A stretch of DNA of 64,000 bases from Octopus vulgaris (Eukaryota), in NCBI GenBank assembly GCA_951406725.2, contig OX597827.1, forward strand, positions 53,010,001 to 53,074,000, in the 5' to 3' direction. The notes below the pieces were generated by a model. The model was not told the DNA's origin and did no database searches. It worked only from the letters and a program-made list of their open reading frames with translations. Position numbers and translations under genes: made by a program. Of the stretch, positions 24,999 to 39,620 are shown piece after piece (within the stretch, counting starts at the first letter, position 1; the number at the start of each line of letters is the position of its first letter).

Positions 24999-27947
24999 TC
25001 ATATAGTGTCTACTTTCCATGCTGGCATGGGTTAGATGGTTTGACTAGAAATGGTAAGCCAGAGAGTTGCACCAGGTTCCTGTCTGATGTAGCATGGTTT
25101 CTACAGCTGAATGCTCTTCCACTCGAAGAGTGTAATGGGTGCTTTTATAAGCCTCAAGCACAGGTGCCAGTTATGTGACAATGGCATTGGTCAAGACTAT
25201 GATTTTATTTGGCTTGACAAGTCTTCTCAAGCACACCATATCGTCAAAGGTCTCAGTCACTTCTCATCACCTCCATAAGGCCCAACATTCAAAGATCATG
25301 CTTCACCACCTTGTCCCATGTACTTCCTGGGTCTATCTCTCCTACAAGCTCCCTCCACAGTTAGAGATTGGCACTTCTTTACACAGTTGTCCTTGTCCAT
25401 AAGCATTGCATGACCATATCAGTGCAGTGGTCTCTCTTGCACACCACATCTGTGGCCTCTCATGCCCAATTTTTCTCTCAAGGCACTTACACTCTGTTGT
25501 ACATGCACATTGACATTGCACATCCAGCAGAATATGCTGGTTTCATTTCTTTCAAGCTTACACATGTCTTCAGCAGTCACAGCCTATGTTTCACTGCCAT
25601 ATTGCTTGGTTGTTCACACACAGGCATCATTAGTGTTGCTATCATCCCTCTCCCTAATGTTGCTACTTCTACTACTCATTATTATTATTATTAATATTGT
25701 TAATAATGAGCTATAAGTCTAATATTTAATTTGCTAATTTTACTCTCAAATTGTTCTGTAATCCTTAGAATAAGGTTAATTTATGTAAGAGTTTATATTT
25801 AATTACTCTATAGACTTGCTATAGTTTATTTGATTTCAATTCTAATTTTAATATTATATATTATGCAATTACTCTGTTTGCTTCCTCTACTTTATGGTTT
25901 GGCTCTACTAATTACTTCTCAGGTAATTTTATATTCTTTATTATTATCTTTTAAGGACCAAATTAATTTACTTAAGCTTGTGTTATTCCCTCTTTTGCAG
26001 ACTCTAAATGAGTTATCAAGACTGGCAATTATTTTTATACATATTTTGCAAACACCGAGATAATAAAATATCTGAACTTTAAGTGGATTTGATAGATGGA
26101 GACTGAAAGAAGCCTGTCGTGTCTATGTGTGTGTAGCTTTGTGTCTGTGTTTGTCACTTACCACTGCTTGATAACTGGTGTTGGTGTGTTTATGCCCCCA
26201 TAACTTAGCAGTTTGGCAAAAGATGCTGACAGAATAAGTGCCAGACTTAACAAACAAAAAAAAATTCCTCAAGGCAATGCCCCAGGATGGCTGCAGACTA
26301 GTGACTGAAACAAGTCAAAGATGAACAAAAAAACTGCTTACCCTGAGGTAACTGTACAGGTTTATTATTGGAGTCTACCAAAACGAGAGATGGCTGTCCA
26401 TTAACATTAACTTGGTTTAGAAACAACATTTGTGGTAAACCGGAACCAGCAACGTTGGAGACATTGTTCTGAACAACAGATTGAGCCTGGATGACATTGC
26501 TTCCTTGTTGTGACTGCTGTTGGACTATTGCTTGTTGAACTTGAACATTCTGCATCTGCACTCCATTACTTGATTGCACTACCAAAGGCACAGCTGTGTT
26601 GGCGATGGCAGTCTGGGAAGACGCAGGAGTGGCAACATATGTTGAATTCGGTATAGTGGTGTAGACAGCATTTTGAGACTCTGTTACCTGATTCAAACAA
26701 AATAAAACAAATTTAATGGTGTTCCTTTTTACCTTCCTATTTCAGCAGTGATCATCCTGTTTTTCATTCAGACACGGTATATCTAAGACTACATGATCTG
26801 ATACATACTTAACGTATTGAAACAGAGACCTGGCTGCTGTTTTCTAGTTAGATGAAACTATAAAGAGGCTTACTCATTGGCTTTTAATAGAACAGTTATC
26901 ATATTACCCTTTCATTACCATATTTCTGCTGAAATATTCAATCTTTGCTTCAATTAATTTTTAAAATACGAATTTTATAAAATAATTTTGTCAATATTAA
27001 ACTGGTGCTTGGAACTTAAATTAGCATGAAATTTTAAAGGAAGATTTGAATTTAGATCACTTTAAAACAGGATGTTTGTGTCCTAGAACCAGGGGTGGTC
27101 TTAGGCAGGTTGGTAAGAAAGGATTAACTAATGAAAGAGCCTTTCTCTGATCAGCTATTCTACTAGAAATAACAATGAAATCTCATGTAGTAGAATGAAA
27201 GCATTGGCACACTATGCTTAAAATAAAAGATGGGATGGTCATTGCTAGAATGCCCTTGATGAAAGCTGATCTGAAGCAACACAATAACAATGTATGCACC
27301 AAACCATTCTATGTGGTCAAACAGGAAAGAAAATATAAGACAATGTGGTGTGGTGGGTTTATTAACACATACCTAGTGTTGAATTGGAGTTTAAGATAAC
27401 TCCAGTATAAAGCAGTACCATCAGGGAAAATGGAAGTTTGCATGTAGATTGTCATAGTACAAATTGGATTTATGAAGTATACTCTAATTCTGAATCTACA
27501 TCGCAGATAGTCAGAAGAAAGTTGAAAGAATTAAACTCTACTATTGAAGTCAAATACATAAGATTAACCCTTTATCATTCAGATTTCTTTGTCAAATGTA
27601 CTGCTTATTTATTCACATTGTTTTGAATTAATCACACATTATCTTGTAGCTTCAAGATTTCAGTGGTGTGTTGGTATATTTTCAGGGTAGTTGTGAGGGA
27701 GGCTAGATCTGGTCAGTTTCAACACAAAACAGAAAACTAGTAATGAGAGAGAGAGAGAGAGAGAGAGATGGAAAGCAATACTTACATGTACTATTTCTGC
27801 TGCCTGTGTTTGATTCAGACTAGTTAGTGGGGTACCATCTGGAGTAATATATTGAATACTAGAATGTCCTTCTTCTGGGTTGACAGTCACAGTTAATGGC
27901 TGATGCGTGTCTGAGTCAAATACTGTGTAGGTTTCACCTTCTGCCAT
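20332..27947 (-). CDS. NFYA: Nuclear transcription factor Y subunit alpha (NF-YA/CBF-B/HAP2 family), 307 aa
   Basis: Exons complement(27786..27947,26342..26687,23731..23792,22354..22473,20332..20565), 924 nt, phases consistent. Q/V-rich N-terminus, then [58 protein letters not shown]. Acceptor AG at 27951-27950, 2 nt before the ATG, implies a non-coding upstream exon. May be a divergent paralog rather than the ortholog. Confidence 0.93.
22799..23020. mobile_element. piggyBac-type MITE (related copies 27563-27660, 48285-48497, 55920-56085; second family 26903-27126)
   Basis: TTAA TSDs at 22795-22798 and 23021-23024; termini (T/C)CCTTTAG...CTAAAGGG; internal sequence shared among copies. Confidence 0.8.
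24997..25640 (-). mobile_element. RTE LINE 3' fragment (ORF end plus tail) in an NF-YA intron
   Basis: Minus strand reads W.GHA...GR.RPRK..DKVVKHDL remnants, continuing into the same AAAAGCACCC...CATCCAGCTGTAGAAAC-type tail as 14235-14845. Confidence 0.75.
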
Positions 27948-28569
27948 AGCTAATTACAAAACAAAATTAATGTAAAGACATATTTCTCTTTTTTTTTTAC
28001 TCATTCCTAGTTAATATTAGTAGTAAAAAATGTTTTAATGATACAAGGCCACATAATTTGGACAAGGAACCTCTTGACTAAATTAGTCCAACTACATTTC
28101 TAACTCCAGAAGGATAAAAGTTAAAGCTAACCGTAAGCAATTTGAACACAGAATATAAAAGGGTGTGAGTGAAGTATTTAACTGATTTTTCGACTAACCA
28201 AGCTAATAATAATCCTTTCTACTATAGGAACATGGCCTGAAATTTTTAGGGGATGATGTAAGTTGACTACATTGACCTCCAACACTTAACTGGTACTTAT
28301 TTTATTGATGCTGAAAAGATGAAAGGCAAAGCCAACCTTGGTAGAATTTGAACCAAGAACATAAAGATGGACAAAATGCCATGAAGCATTTTGTCTGGCA
28401 TATCATTGATCCTGACAGATCACCAGTTTTATAATAATAATAATCCTTTCTAATATAGGCACAAGACCTACAATTTTGGGGGATGGGACTAGTTGATTAC
28501 ATTGACCTCAGTGTTTAACAGGTACTTATTTTATCGACTCCGAAAGGATAAATACCCTGATGCAATACT

Positions 28570-29020
28570 AGGTGCTGACTTTCATGGCTTCTGATCTTAA
28601 CTGATTGGAAATGTTATTATGTACATGTTTTGTCTTGGTGTAAAAGATGGGCTACAGCAAATATTCTGCTCAATACCACAGATTTGCTTGTCAGTTGTTT
28701 GACCGCAACAAGTTGAGCATGTCCTTTGGTGGCTGACGATATGTGCATCTCTGATCATGAACTGAAGTAGTGGGGAAGCATCATAGTCTTGTGTTGAGAG
28801 GAATTCTTTGGGGTTTGAATAATTCAACATCCTTAAACAATCTTGTTTAGGGACCTTTTAAGTAGGATTGGCTACTTGATATGAATCTAACTGGGCCCCA
28901 CCTGCAAGGTCATGCCCTGATTATCTTCATATGAGATCACCATGTCACATACATATGGTTGCGATGCATGTGCCTGATGTACCCTTACCAGACGGATAAT
29001 CATGAAGGGTACATTGGGCT
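28570..29020. repeat. Unclassified interspersed repeat
   Basis: Compositionally distinct block that interrupts a SINE series; resembles an abundant octopus repeat from memory; no ORF or clear TIR. Confidence 0.4.
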
Positions 29021-29190
29021 TCATAATAATGGTTTCTGATTTAAGCACAAGGCCAGTAATTCTGAGGGGAGGGGTTAATCAATATCATCAAACCCAATAC
29101 TTGATTGGTACTTTATTTTAAAGACCTTGAAATTGAACTCAGAAAGTGAAAAGCTGAAATAAACAACACAAGGTATTTTGTTTGACTGTC

Positions 29191-29273
29191 TAATGATTTT
29201 CGTCAATTCTATATCCTTATATCTCTAATTTAATGATTTTTGTCAATTCTATATCCTTATATCTCTAATTTAA
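29191..29273. repeat. 40-bp tandem duplication
   Basis: TAATGATTTTYGTCAATTCTATATCCTTATATCTCTAATT twice, one mismatch. Confidence 0.9.
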
Positions 29274-29999
29274 GCACAAGTTCAGAAGTTTTGAGGGGAG
29301 GGGAGTTAGTTAATCACATCAATGTCAATACATCTGAGTGGATTTGGTAGACGGAAACTGAAAGAAGCCTGTCATTATATATGCGTTTTGAGTATACGTA
29401 TGGGTGTTTGTGTATACGCTTGTCTAGAAATCATGTGATGGTTGTAAATGAGCATCATCATCACACAAGCGAAGTGGTTCGTTTTTAGTTTTCCCTGAAA
29501 AACATGTCTAGCTATGGAGAAAAATCTTGCTTGGAAATAGATGAGGTTGGCAACAGGAAGAGTATCCAGTCATAGAATACTGCCTTAAGTTTTATCCAAC
29601 CCATGACAACATGGGAAAAAATGAACATGGATAAAGTTGATAAAGATGATATAATATGCTGTTTTGAAAACATGACTATTCAGTTTAATCATTTCTATTT
29701 ATTATTTTTGCCTAATTTCTAATGAGTATTTCACAGTATGCTTGGGCCTATCAGCATTTCTTGGCCTTCAGTTTTATCTGCTTGATATTGGCATGTATCA
29801 GTGCGATTAGCTCACCAAGCATTTACGACATGGAGCAATTGCAATGCACTTCATTGTAGATCAAGAAACAAAATTTAATGGGAAAACATTAGCAAACAAT
29901 ACATCCATCTTGTATACTATTCTCTAATAAAAGTAGATGTAATGTTAATACCCCACAAAATTGGAAGTAATAGTAACAGCACAACACAACAGTAATATA

Positions 30000-30480
30000 C
30001 ACCAGTCACAAACAGAAAACACTCCTTTATTTGTTAAAAAGTGTTCCGGGAAGGTAAAAGTTATGCTGCAGTAGGTTGCGATTACGTTATCAATGACAGC
30101 ACCAAATGCTACATAAAGAAGAATGAGGTGGCAATCAGGACTACCATAGCAGTAAGTTTCTGTGAAAGAGCCAAAAAGATAACGATAGTTAGAAATAAGC
30201 TCTTCGTCAGGATGGAATCTGCCTTGGCATTGTGGATCAGTGACTGCAAGAAGAAAAACATCCTTTTGAGCAGTAACATCATCCGCGAGAAGGCACAGAA
30301 ATTACACCAGCAAATTGACAGAGGAGATGGAGCAGAAGGCCCCGAAGAACCACAACCAAGACCATTGACAGCACCGGAGCCCAAAGATTTTTAAACCAGC
30401 AAGGGATGGGTTGACCATTTCCAGAAATGGTTTAAAATAAACTGTGTTTCTCTGCACGGAGAGACAGGGTTGCAAAATTG
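30000..30480 (+). mobile_element. Tigger/pogo transposase N-terminal fragment (CENP-B HTH)
   Basis: ORF 30041..30394 ...RMESALALWISDCKKKNILLSSNIIREKAQKLH, then frameshifted FK.SKGWVDHFQKWF and VSLHGE. Confidence 0.85.
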
Positions 30481-32360
30481 AAGTGACATCTTGGTGTTGT
30501 AGAGGTAAATATGCCACACAAACATGGTTCCAATCCCAGTAGTTGGTTTGATGACAATATCATCTTGGCATTGCATGTTGCAGAGGATGGAGAGCTAGGC
30601 TCTAGTGAAATTCAGTTGTAGGAAAAGTTTTCAAAAGCCAAAGCAGTTCACTGTGTAGTAGCAAACGTGACAAACAAGTCCTAGGTGCTGAACTCAACAA
30701 CCTAAGAACAATCCTGGTTGTTTGTTACTGTTGGCATGCCATGCAAAAAAGTGCACAATTTAGTGTGGCTCAGACACCAATTGAAATGAGCTTAGATCTG
30801 AACTTGTCATGGGAGGGAGTGAAAGATACAAAATGTAGATCTCTACTAAAGAGAAAGCATTGAACTTTCAGGAGAAGACGGACAGCGCAGGTAAAGTGAC
30901 AACAGTGTGTAGCTTGTGATGAAATAGAGACAGACAGGGGGGGGGGGGTAAAGTGACAACAGTGTGTAGATGTGTGATGAGATAGAGAGGTTTTGTAAGT
31001 GGGTCAGTAAGAAGGAATGGTAGTGAGATGAGCAGGTAGCATTAGGGGGAGTTGGTGAACGAGTATGGAGGTGTGGGATGGTTGTTTGAGGCTGAGAAGA
31101 ATAGGCAAAAGCAAGATGAGGGTAGTGGAAGGTTCAGGTGCTTTTATGTAGGATGGAGTGGAGGAGTGTGTGGCATTTGTGGTTCTTTGTGTGAGCAAGG
31201 AAATCAAAGAGTAGGCAACTGATAAAAGTGAAAACAGGTAAAACTAAATGAATAAAATATTGCAAACTTCTGGTTTCTTTTTGGTACTCCCTTGTATTTG
31301 TCATTCACTTACATGATCATCCAGTTTCTTTCCTATAAGTTGCAATTCTTCCCACTCTTTTTCTACCCTCTTCCCTCCTATACCTCTTCTTTTTCTTTGT
31401 CTCTCCTTTCTTACTTCACCTCAATATACCTAATCTCCTATTCTTCTTTTGTGGCTGACAGCTTCACCTTAATTCCTCACTTCCATCTCCCTTACTGCCT
31501 CCAACCATCCTTACATCTCTCTCAACTTCTCTCTTCTGAAACCCATTTCTCCCATGTTGTCATTTTCCTCAGCTGCTGTTTCTACCACTTCATCCTCCAA
31601 GGTTTCCATTTACATTTCCTCCCCCACATCATACACCACACTTTTCTTAGATCCTATTCTTCGCAATTTCTTGTCTTCTCGTGCACACCACCACCCATTC
31701 CATCTTTTCTCAAAATACACTTCTGACTACAATCTTCAAAATAATGGGTTAATTACGTTAAGTTTTATTTGTGAAATATGATTGCTTTGAATTTACTGCA
31801 TAAAGTAGTTTATGTTTGTGGTGATGAAAATGGAGGGTACTAGGAATGTGGCCTGGGCACCAAAAGGGTGGCAGGCTGAAAAAAATTGGGAGCCATGCTC
31901 TAATTTATGCCTTCAAATCAGAACCTGAGTACTGTGTGCCAAGAGAGATTGGTCATCTCAGCTATATCTTCTAGGGTATACAACTGACACCAAATACTTC
32001 AAGAGGTTAAATAATGTCACCACAAATAAAATGTAATCACATCTCTACTGCAAGCTAATCATGAGAATGAAAAGCTGATCTCTCCCAACTACAAAATTCA
32101 TCACATTGACATTCCAGCAAGTGCCAGTTTAATCATCAGCTGGATATTTGATATGCTATCTTTACTAGTCATAAATGTCATTTTGTGTCTGAAAGGCACC
32201 GTCATTATGCTTCCAATGTACGTAATTGTTTGTCACACCAAAACACCAATTCTATAAGATAATTTATATTGGCTCATTACATTTGGACTTGTTTTAACAA
32301 TGACATTGAAAGTGATTCAAGAACTGTTAAAGAACCCACGTGATAAAGATTATAGTAAAT

Positions 32361-34090
32361 ACTAGCAGAGATACCCAGCTTTGCCTGTGTCACATGGAAC
32401 TGAAGAATTAAACTTTTCTTTTATATTTTCTCTAATGACCTGGAATAGCTATGATTCAAATTTCATCAAAATTGCAGACTAAGAATTTTAATGAGGGTTC
32501 TTTCCCTCTTTACACACCCTAACAAAAATTCTAATCATGACACATTTATCCCATACTACTCATCTTTATGCCCAGATTCCAAAATCCAAATCTTACTTGA
32601 CAATTCAAAGGTGTTTTCTCCTAAAAAATGGAGCTCATGGAGCTCTAAAATGTGGGAGTTAAGTCCCTCTTGGGGAGGGGTGTGTGTCTTAAAGTCAACC
32701 AGAGAAGTTGAATTGTTGGGAATCTTTTTAACTTGGGTCTTAAATCTATCGTTCAGATTTCTTTGAAATTGGAAATATATGTGTTCACTGGGTTTGTAAA
32801 AGAGAGCAAAGCTACAGGAAACCAAAAAAAAAAAAATGATCACAATAAGCAGTTAGCTACCCTACCCCAGTCGTTACTACTCCTCAATGTAGGATTCCTT
32901 ACCATACAAGTGACAGGCAGAGCTGTAGGATGTATTACAGATCTATAGCAATTGGAAGGGTGTGACCCTACTCAAATAAGCATTAACAACTGTGTGACGT
33001 GAGGGCTAAGGGGAAATGAAAGTGTCACTTCTGGAGTTTGCCAATGGTCACTATGCTGATAGGTAACTGGACAGAATAAATTTGCAATCTATAAATGTCT
33101 TTGAATAACCAGTTACTTATCTGGGAAGGCCTTGAAGTCAATGTTACCATCTGGGGACTATCTCTGACCCAGTGATAATAAAAAGACTCAAAGGAGGTCT
33201 GCAATGAAATAACTTTACTCAACACTTTGCAATTGAATCAGTGGAGGCAAAGATGCTTCTCCTTTATTTGACAATTTATGCACCACATTGCAGAAATCAC
33301 AATCTAAGTATATTTCAAAGTAAAGTCTTACACTATTGTACCATTGAATCACAAATAATGCTCATCTTTTATGTTCAGGTGACCCTACAGCTTCCAAGAG
33401 TACAATTGTATTTGTCTTGGCTTAAGGAAAATGATTAAATTGTGGGCGTTAAGCCCCCATTATGGGGTTTTACTGACTTGTAAGAAGTTGAAATTTTAGA
33501 AATATTACTTCATTTGTGTCTAATATCTATGGTTAAAATTTCATTAACAGCAAAAACATATGAATTTTCATGGGGGTCATGGCTTCATTTATGCCCCCTC
33601 ACTTTCAGACATATACTGCATTACATCTGTCCTTATGCATAGAATATAATTTCCAAATTTCATAAAAATCCATTCAATAATTTTGAAGTAGTTTTGGATC
33701 ATAAAATATGACTAAAATTTGGGAGTTAAGGCCCCCACTAGGGGGAAACTTTGGGAATACTTCTTGAAGTGTCAATTACCTATGGTTGAAATTTCATCAA
33801 CATCACAAATTTATGAAATTTCATGGGTGGTTCTGCTCCCTTTAAGCCACCTCAAATTCAAACCAAACATACTGCATTATACCCATCTTTATGCATTGAA
33901 TCTAAGTTCCAAATATCATAAGGATCCATTCAGTAATTTTGGTCCATGAATTGTATGAAACATACAGCATTGCTCTTCTCCCTAGGCTTGGATTTTGTGT
34001 TCCAAATTTCATTAGGATTGGTGCAGTAGTTTTCGAATCTATAAGTAACATACGAACACACATAAAGACATTGACTTTTATATAATAGAT
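32361..34090 (+). mobile_element. Non-autonomous Helitron/Helentron (DINE-like) element with internal subrepeats; similar pieces at 35330-35588 and 47445-47856(-)
   Basis: Starts ACTAGCAGAGATACCC, repeated CCAAATTTCAT motifs, duplicated blocks about 33430-33700 and 33715-33945, ends (AC)n...TTTTATATAATAGAT. Confidence 0.55.
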
Positions 34091-34634
34091 ATGAATATGC
34101 ACATATACATATATGTATATATATACGTGTGTGTGTGCATGTGTACTATATATATATATATACACACACACAGAAAGATAGATTGATAGATGCAATTGAG
34201 TGGGCAAACAAAAATATGAGACACTGCCTTGAAGAATTTTTTGTCAAACGAATCGACACCAGAGCTTTTTTTATTTTATTTTGATAAACCTGGTACCTAT
34301 TCTATCACTCTCTTTTTGTCAAACCAGTAAGTTATGGTAAATAAACCAACACAAGTTGTGAAGAGTGATGAGGGAGAAAGACAGACACAAAGATACACAC
34401 ATACACTAAGATATATATATTGATTTCTTTCAGTTTCTGTCTACAAAATCCACTCAGAAGGCTTTGGTTGGTCTAAGGCTATAGCAAAAGACACATGCCA
34501 AGTTACCACACAGTGGGACTGAATCCAGGACTATGTGTTTTGGAACTGAGTTTCTTACCACACAGCCACACTTGCTCTTATATGTGTGTGTGTGTTTATG
34601 TGTATATGTGTGTATATATATATGTGTATACATG

Positions 34635-34686
<52 letters not shown>

Positions 34687-37600
34687 TGTACATATATGTG
34701 TACATATTACATATACATACATGTAATATATACACATATATACATGCATCCTGTTCTTTCTTGGTCTGGTCATTGTCTGTGCAACATCGATATTCCTCCC
34801 TGTGTTTGTGAAATCTTGTATCCCAGCCGTAAGGCTTCATTTCTACACATGCCAGCTTAATTTAATTTGTCCTTAGTCGAAAGACACCTGTTGTTATGTC
34901 CTGTTATTATTATTTTTATTGTATTTGTGTAACATCTGTTTTTTCCATCCTTGCTTTTGTATACATTCACTGCTTTCTTCCAAGGAATCTAATGCTCTTA
35001 GCTTAGGTTTTCCTTGGGGCTGGCAACCTCAAGTATAATCAGCCGGAATTGCGAAGATAATCTGGTACTTGACTGAGGAAATAAAGCTTTGAATGACTCG
35101 TCCATGTTTTCTTTGTATTGTCTATCTGGATGTTTTGTTATTCCATTTTTGTATCACCTAACTGTCCGGATGTTTTGCGTTCTTGTCCCATTTTTTATTT
35201 TATATATATATATAAAACGGTGTACGTACACTTTGGTCTTTTATATATATATATATTATATATGTATGTATACATGTATGTATGCCTGTGTGTATATGAG
35301 ATAATTGTTTCAGTATTAATAGTGAAACTATGAAAGTGAAAGTATCTGGCATTACAATAGAGAAATGTTATTGTTTCATTTTTGACAAGTAATACTGAAA
35401 TAATGGAAGAGATAAGAGATTACTCTGGGCTCGCATTAAGCAAGAAGTTGAAAAATTTTTTACCCATGACACTACATGGATCCTAAGTAAGGCATGTGTA
35501 AAATTTGAATGAAAACGGTTGTGTAGTTCTTGAGTTTTAGGGATTCACACAGACACACACACATTCTCACCTTTATATATATATAGATAACACTTATCTT
35601 GTGAGACCACTTGCATTCAGTGTTGATTTAATACAATGGACTAGTTTTACAAGTGTTTGCAACTAATACCTGATTTGGAGTTTTGCAATATTAGTGCTTG
35701 ATAATTAAGACATCAGTGGATGCTTTGAACATTCACAGCATATCTGCAGCTTCATCAGTGTAAATACTTAAACAAAGTTTCCACACAACTCAATTGCTTC
35801 CCACAAAATGAATTACATATTGTTTTGCTTGTAGTTTTAATCTCCAAAAAACTAACAAATTAAGTCTTCATGAGTGCTATCTTCATAAATGCAATGTACA
35901 AACACAAGCAAACAGCTATATCAGGAATGCCTGTTGGCTCATTCATTGAAAATGTGAATGTTGAGCTCATTACTCACAGAAGTTTGCGGTTTTATGAATA
36001 TACTTTGAAAACATGTCATTTGAAAGAAGAAAAGTATCAATATTTTTGATATTTTCTTAATCTAACAAATCTTTTACAAAGAGTTTTACGGTTTCAGTAT
36101 TTTTGTTTCACCTGCTTATGCTAGTCCAATAATCAACATGATATAAGGCAGCGAGCTGGCAGAATCATTAGCACGCTGGACAAAAATGCTCAGTTGCATT
36201 TTGTCTGTCTTTATGTTCTGAGTTCAAATTTTGCCAAGGTCAACATAACCTTTCGGGGTGATAAAATAAGTACTAGTTGAGCACTGGAGTCGATTCACTT
36301 GACTTCACCCCTTCCTTGAAATTGCTGGCCTTGTGCCAAAATTTGAAACCAATAATCAGTGAGACACGAAATACATAAAGCATTTTTCTTTTTATATAAA
36401 TGAAAAAATTGAAGCTTTCCTTTGATTCAATTCCAAGCATTTTCTTTTAGCATATCTTTCCCTTGTTGAATTTGAAATATTTTCAATGTGTTATTTCTAA
36501 ATGTCACTTCAGTGGATTCAAGTGGCAATTACTTACTTTCCCCACATTCAATATAGTGCATTAGATAAGTTTTAAACCAATCCAGCCAGGTGAAAACAGA
36601 AGCAATAAAAATTCTTTTTTCATTTTGTTCATTTTATTTAGAAGTTATCTTTGATGAGCTTGTTGTAGGTTCAAACTGAGTAACACCTCATTCCTTAACA
36701 TTACTTGGGTTTTGCCTTTTAGCTATTATTGATTGTTAATCTTTTATCCATTGGGAGGTTCAACAGAGAGCATTTTATTGTTTATTAAAAATTACCATTG
36801 CTTAAAATATTTATCTTCACTGTAGCTCCCCTACTCCAACCTCTCCTCTCAAACCTTAACTGCCATCTCATATGATTCACCCCACCCTATATCTAATAGG
36901 GGAGCAAGCTCATTTTTCATAATTGGTGCCATTTCAACAATAACTCTTTAGTTACCAATATCAGTAGTTGTAAGTGAAACATAAAATTAATGACTGTAGA
37001 ATACAATTACATATAACTAATGAGATATTTTGCATACTATAAGAGAAATAAGTTAAAAATTAAAGAGAAAAACAATTAGCTTTAAATCTCTGAGCGAGAA
37101 ATATGTGGTAACAGTACTGAACAGTAAAGTCTATTTACCAACACAATGTGGCAGTCCTACACAGGACAATATTACTACCTTTTAGCCCCTGGAAAACGTC
37201 TTTTCCAGCTGGCTACCAACACATGGTCTGTGCCCGTATACTTAAAAATTGTTTGGTATGTGCCACAACTTTTTTTCATATGTGCTCACTACCCCTAACT
37301 TTAGAACCTGGCTAAGTTTCAAGTTTTGTAGATTTGCGAGCTGCATAACGATCTCAATAGTGACACACGCAAAAAAAAAAAAAAAAGTACCCAGTACACT
37401 TGTAAAGGGTTGGCATTAGGGAGGGCACCCAACCATAGAAACCATGCCAGTAGATACTGGAGCATGATGCAGACCTTGCACCTACTGGACCTGCCAAATA
37501 GTCTAGCCCTTGCCAACATGGAACATGAACGTTAAAATGATTTATTCAATGGTTTTAATAATAATTTATTATTACTTAAAACTGAGAATTATCAAACTTT

Positions 37601-39536
37601 TAGCCTGAGTTGCCAAATCCCACTATTCAACCGAAGTTATAGTGAAAATTCTAAGTAAATTTGCGTTAACTCTGTGCATATCCCTCTCACCTCACAGAAA
37701 GTTTACGTTGCACAGCCACGTTATTTTTTTTCCACAAGTGCATGTGGTTGTGAATGTCTATGCGTCGCAACTGAGTAATTGCAGGGTAAAACATCAGATA
37801 TAGTGGAGATGAAAGGTAGGGATGAGGGAGTTGTAAGATAGAAAAGGGCATGTCCTATATGTGTGCATACTGTATATGAGAATAGTTATTGCTTTAATAG
37901 CAACAAACTGTTTATATAGATTCAATAACTGAAACGAACAAGCATTTTATCTAAAAACATTGCAATTACCAACGTTCATCTTATAAAACACCGGTATATT
38001 ACAAATTTATTTCTTTAAAATCAGACATGGAACCTGACAGCTGATGTTTAATCATTTGGGTCCCGGGGCGTAGTCGATTACATCGACTCCAGTGTTTCAC
38101 TGGTACTTGATTTATCGACCTCGAAAGGATGAAAGGCAAAGCTAACCTAAGCGGAAACTGAACTTAGACTCGGAACCTAGTATAATAGTGTTCTATTAGA
38201 TCCAAAGTAAGTTCAGGGATCTTATCTGCTTATATTAAGCAATGTTTCTCTATTTCCCTCTCCCGCACATAACATTACATTACATTATATATATATATAT
38301 ATATAATCAGCACACGCACACAACCCTTAATCCTACATTTTTGTGCTGTCATTTTAATGGTGCAAGAAGTTTATGACACCCACATATCGAATGCAATATA
38401 TGTGCATATGAAACAGAAAACAAATTAGACTACAAGGTTTTGCCATATCTAGCAGATAGTACAATTACAATTAACACGCGTAAAACGATTCACAAAATTA
38501 TTAAAAAAAAAAAAAAAAGACGATGATGATCTTGTTTTTAAGTAAGCAAATAATTAAATCCTTCGCCTAACTTTTTTTTTATAGTATAAGGCTTCATATC
38601 TTTAAAATAGAAATATTGTGGTGTTCATGCTTTTCCAAGGACGTTGGGGAAGTAAAGAATAATAATAATGATCAGGATTATGATGATGCTCTTCAATCTA
38701 ACAGATACTGAGAGCGAAATAATAACATAACTTAGGTTAGTAAATATATACACGTCAATCTTCTTAAAACTGAAGGAGATGTGTTTGATATGTGCATCTA
38801 TTTTTATGTAAACATGCATTAAACATCCGCTTCCTTGAAGACAGATATATATGTATGTGTGTTAAATATTGTGATCAGGTTTACATAGAGAGGAAAATGT
38901 TAAGATTGGATCTTTTAAACAGTAAATTTAATAAAGTGTAAATATCAATAAATACAGCGACGTCAAAACGTTCGAAAAGTATTTTCAGAAAAAAAATTTC
39001 TCCGTTTAGCTTATCTCTATTTCTATGTATATTTCTCCATTAAGAAGTAGTAAACGTGACATGGCTGTTATTAAATTCCACGATCGCAGCAACAACAGCG
39101 AAGTCAGAAATGAAAACGACATCGTTTTGAACTATGAAATGGTCGACTCTGATTTCCAAAACAAACCTAGCAACGGAGGGGAACAGAGAGATTTAGCACG
39201 TGTCCGTTCGGACTTGTAGAAGAAATCTATTGGACAATGGAGTTTGTTGTTCAAGAACTGCCAATGGCTGAACGTCGAAGTAGATATGTGTGTGTGTGTA
39301 TGTATGTACACATACATGCGTGTATATATGTATGCATAGTTGTTTAAATGGAAGAACTTTGCCTCGTTCAAGTGTTAAAGCGTTTACGTTTAGAAACAGA
39401 CTAAAAAAATTGTTAGCAACTAGAGAGAAAAAAAATAATAATAATTAATTTTAAGTTTAATTAATTAATTTTTTTTCAGTCTCCCAGAGAAGAGAAAGTG
39501 ATTTACAACGTCAAATAAATAAACAAAAATACTGAC

Positions 39537-39620
39537 CTATCATCGATAGTCGTCCACAAGCGATTCGGGAAACATTAATTACAATGTGTTGAAAATGGCG
39601 CTGTGCTCTTGTGTAGTATT
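39537..39620 (-). other. Probable non-coding first exon (5'UTR) of NF-YA; 5' end approximate
   Basis: Minus-strand donor AG|GTCAGT at 39536, YY1-type CGCCATTTT (39600-39592), CpG-rich context and an upstream CRE. The ATG exon needs an upstream exon. Confidence 0.6.

Noticed and set aside
30890-30990. Imperfect 40-bp duplication around a G13 run
   Set aside because: Local slippage in a decayed retroelement; a single G run is weak evidence for a functional G-quadruplex.
31004-31781. Hydrophobic 144-aa ORF and neighbours
   Set aside because: Low-complexity CT-rich sequence and decayed LINE in NF-YA intron 1; no domain or splice support.
35010-35070. GGCTG...CAGCC-GGAA stem suggesting a hammerhead stem II
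   Set aside because: No CTGANGA core present.
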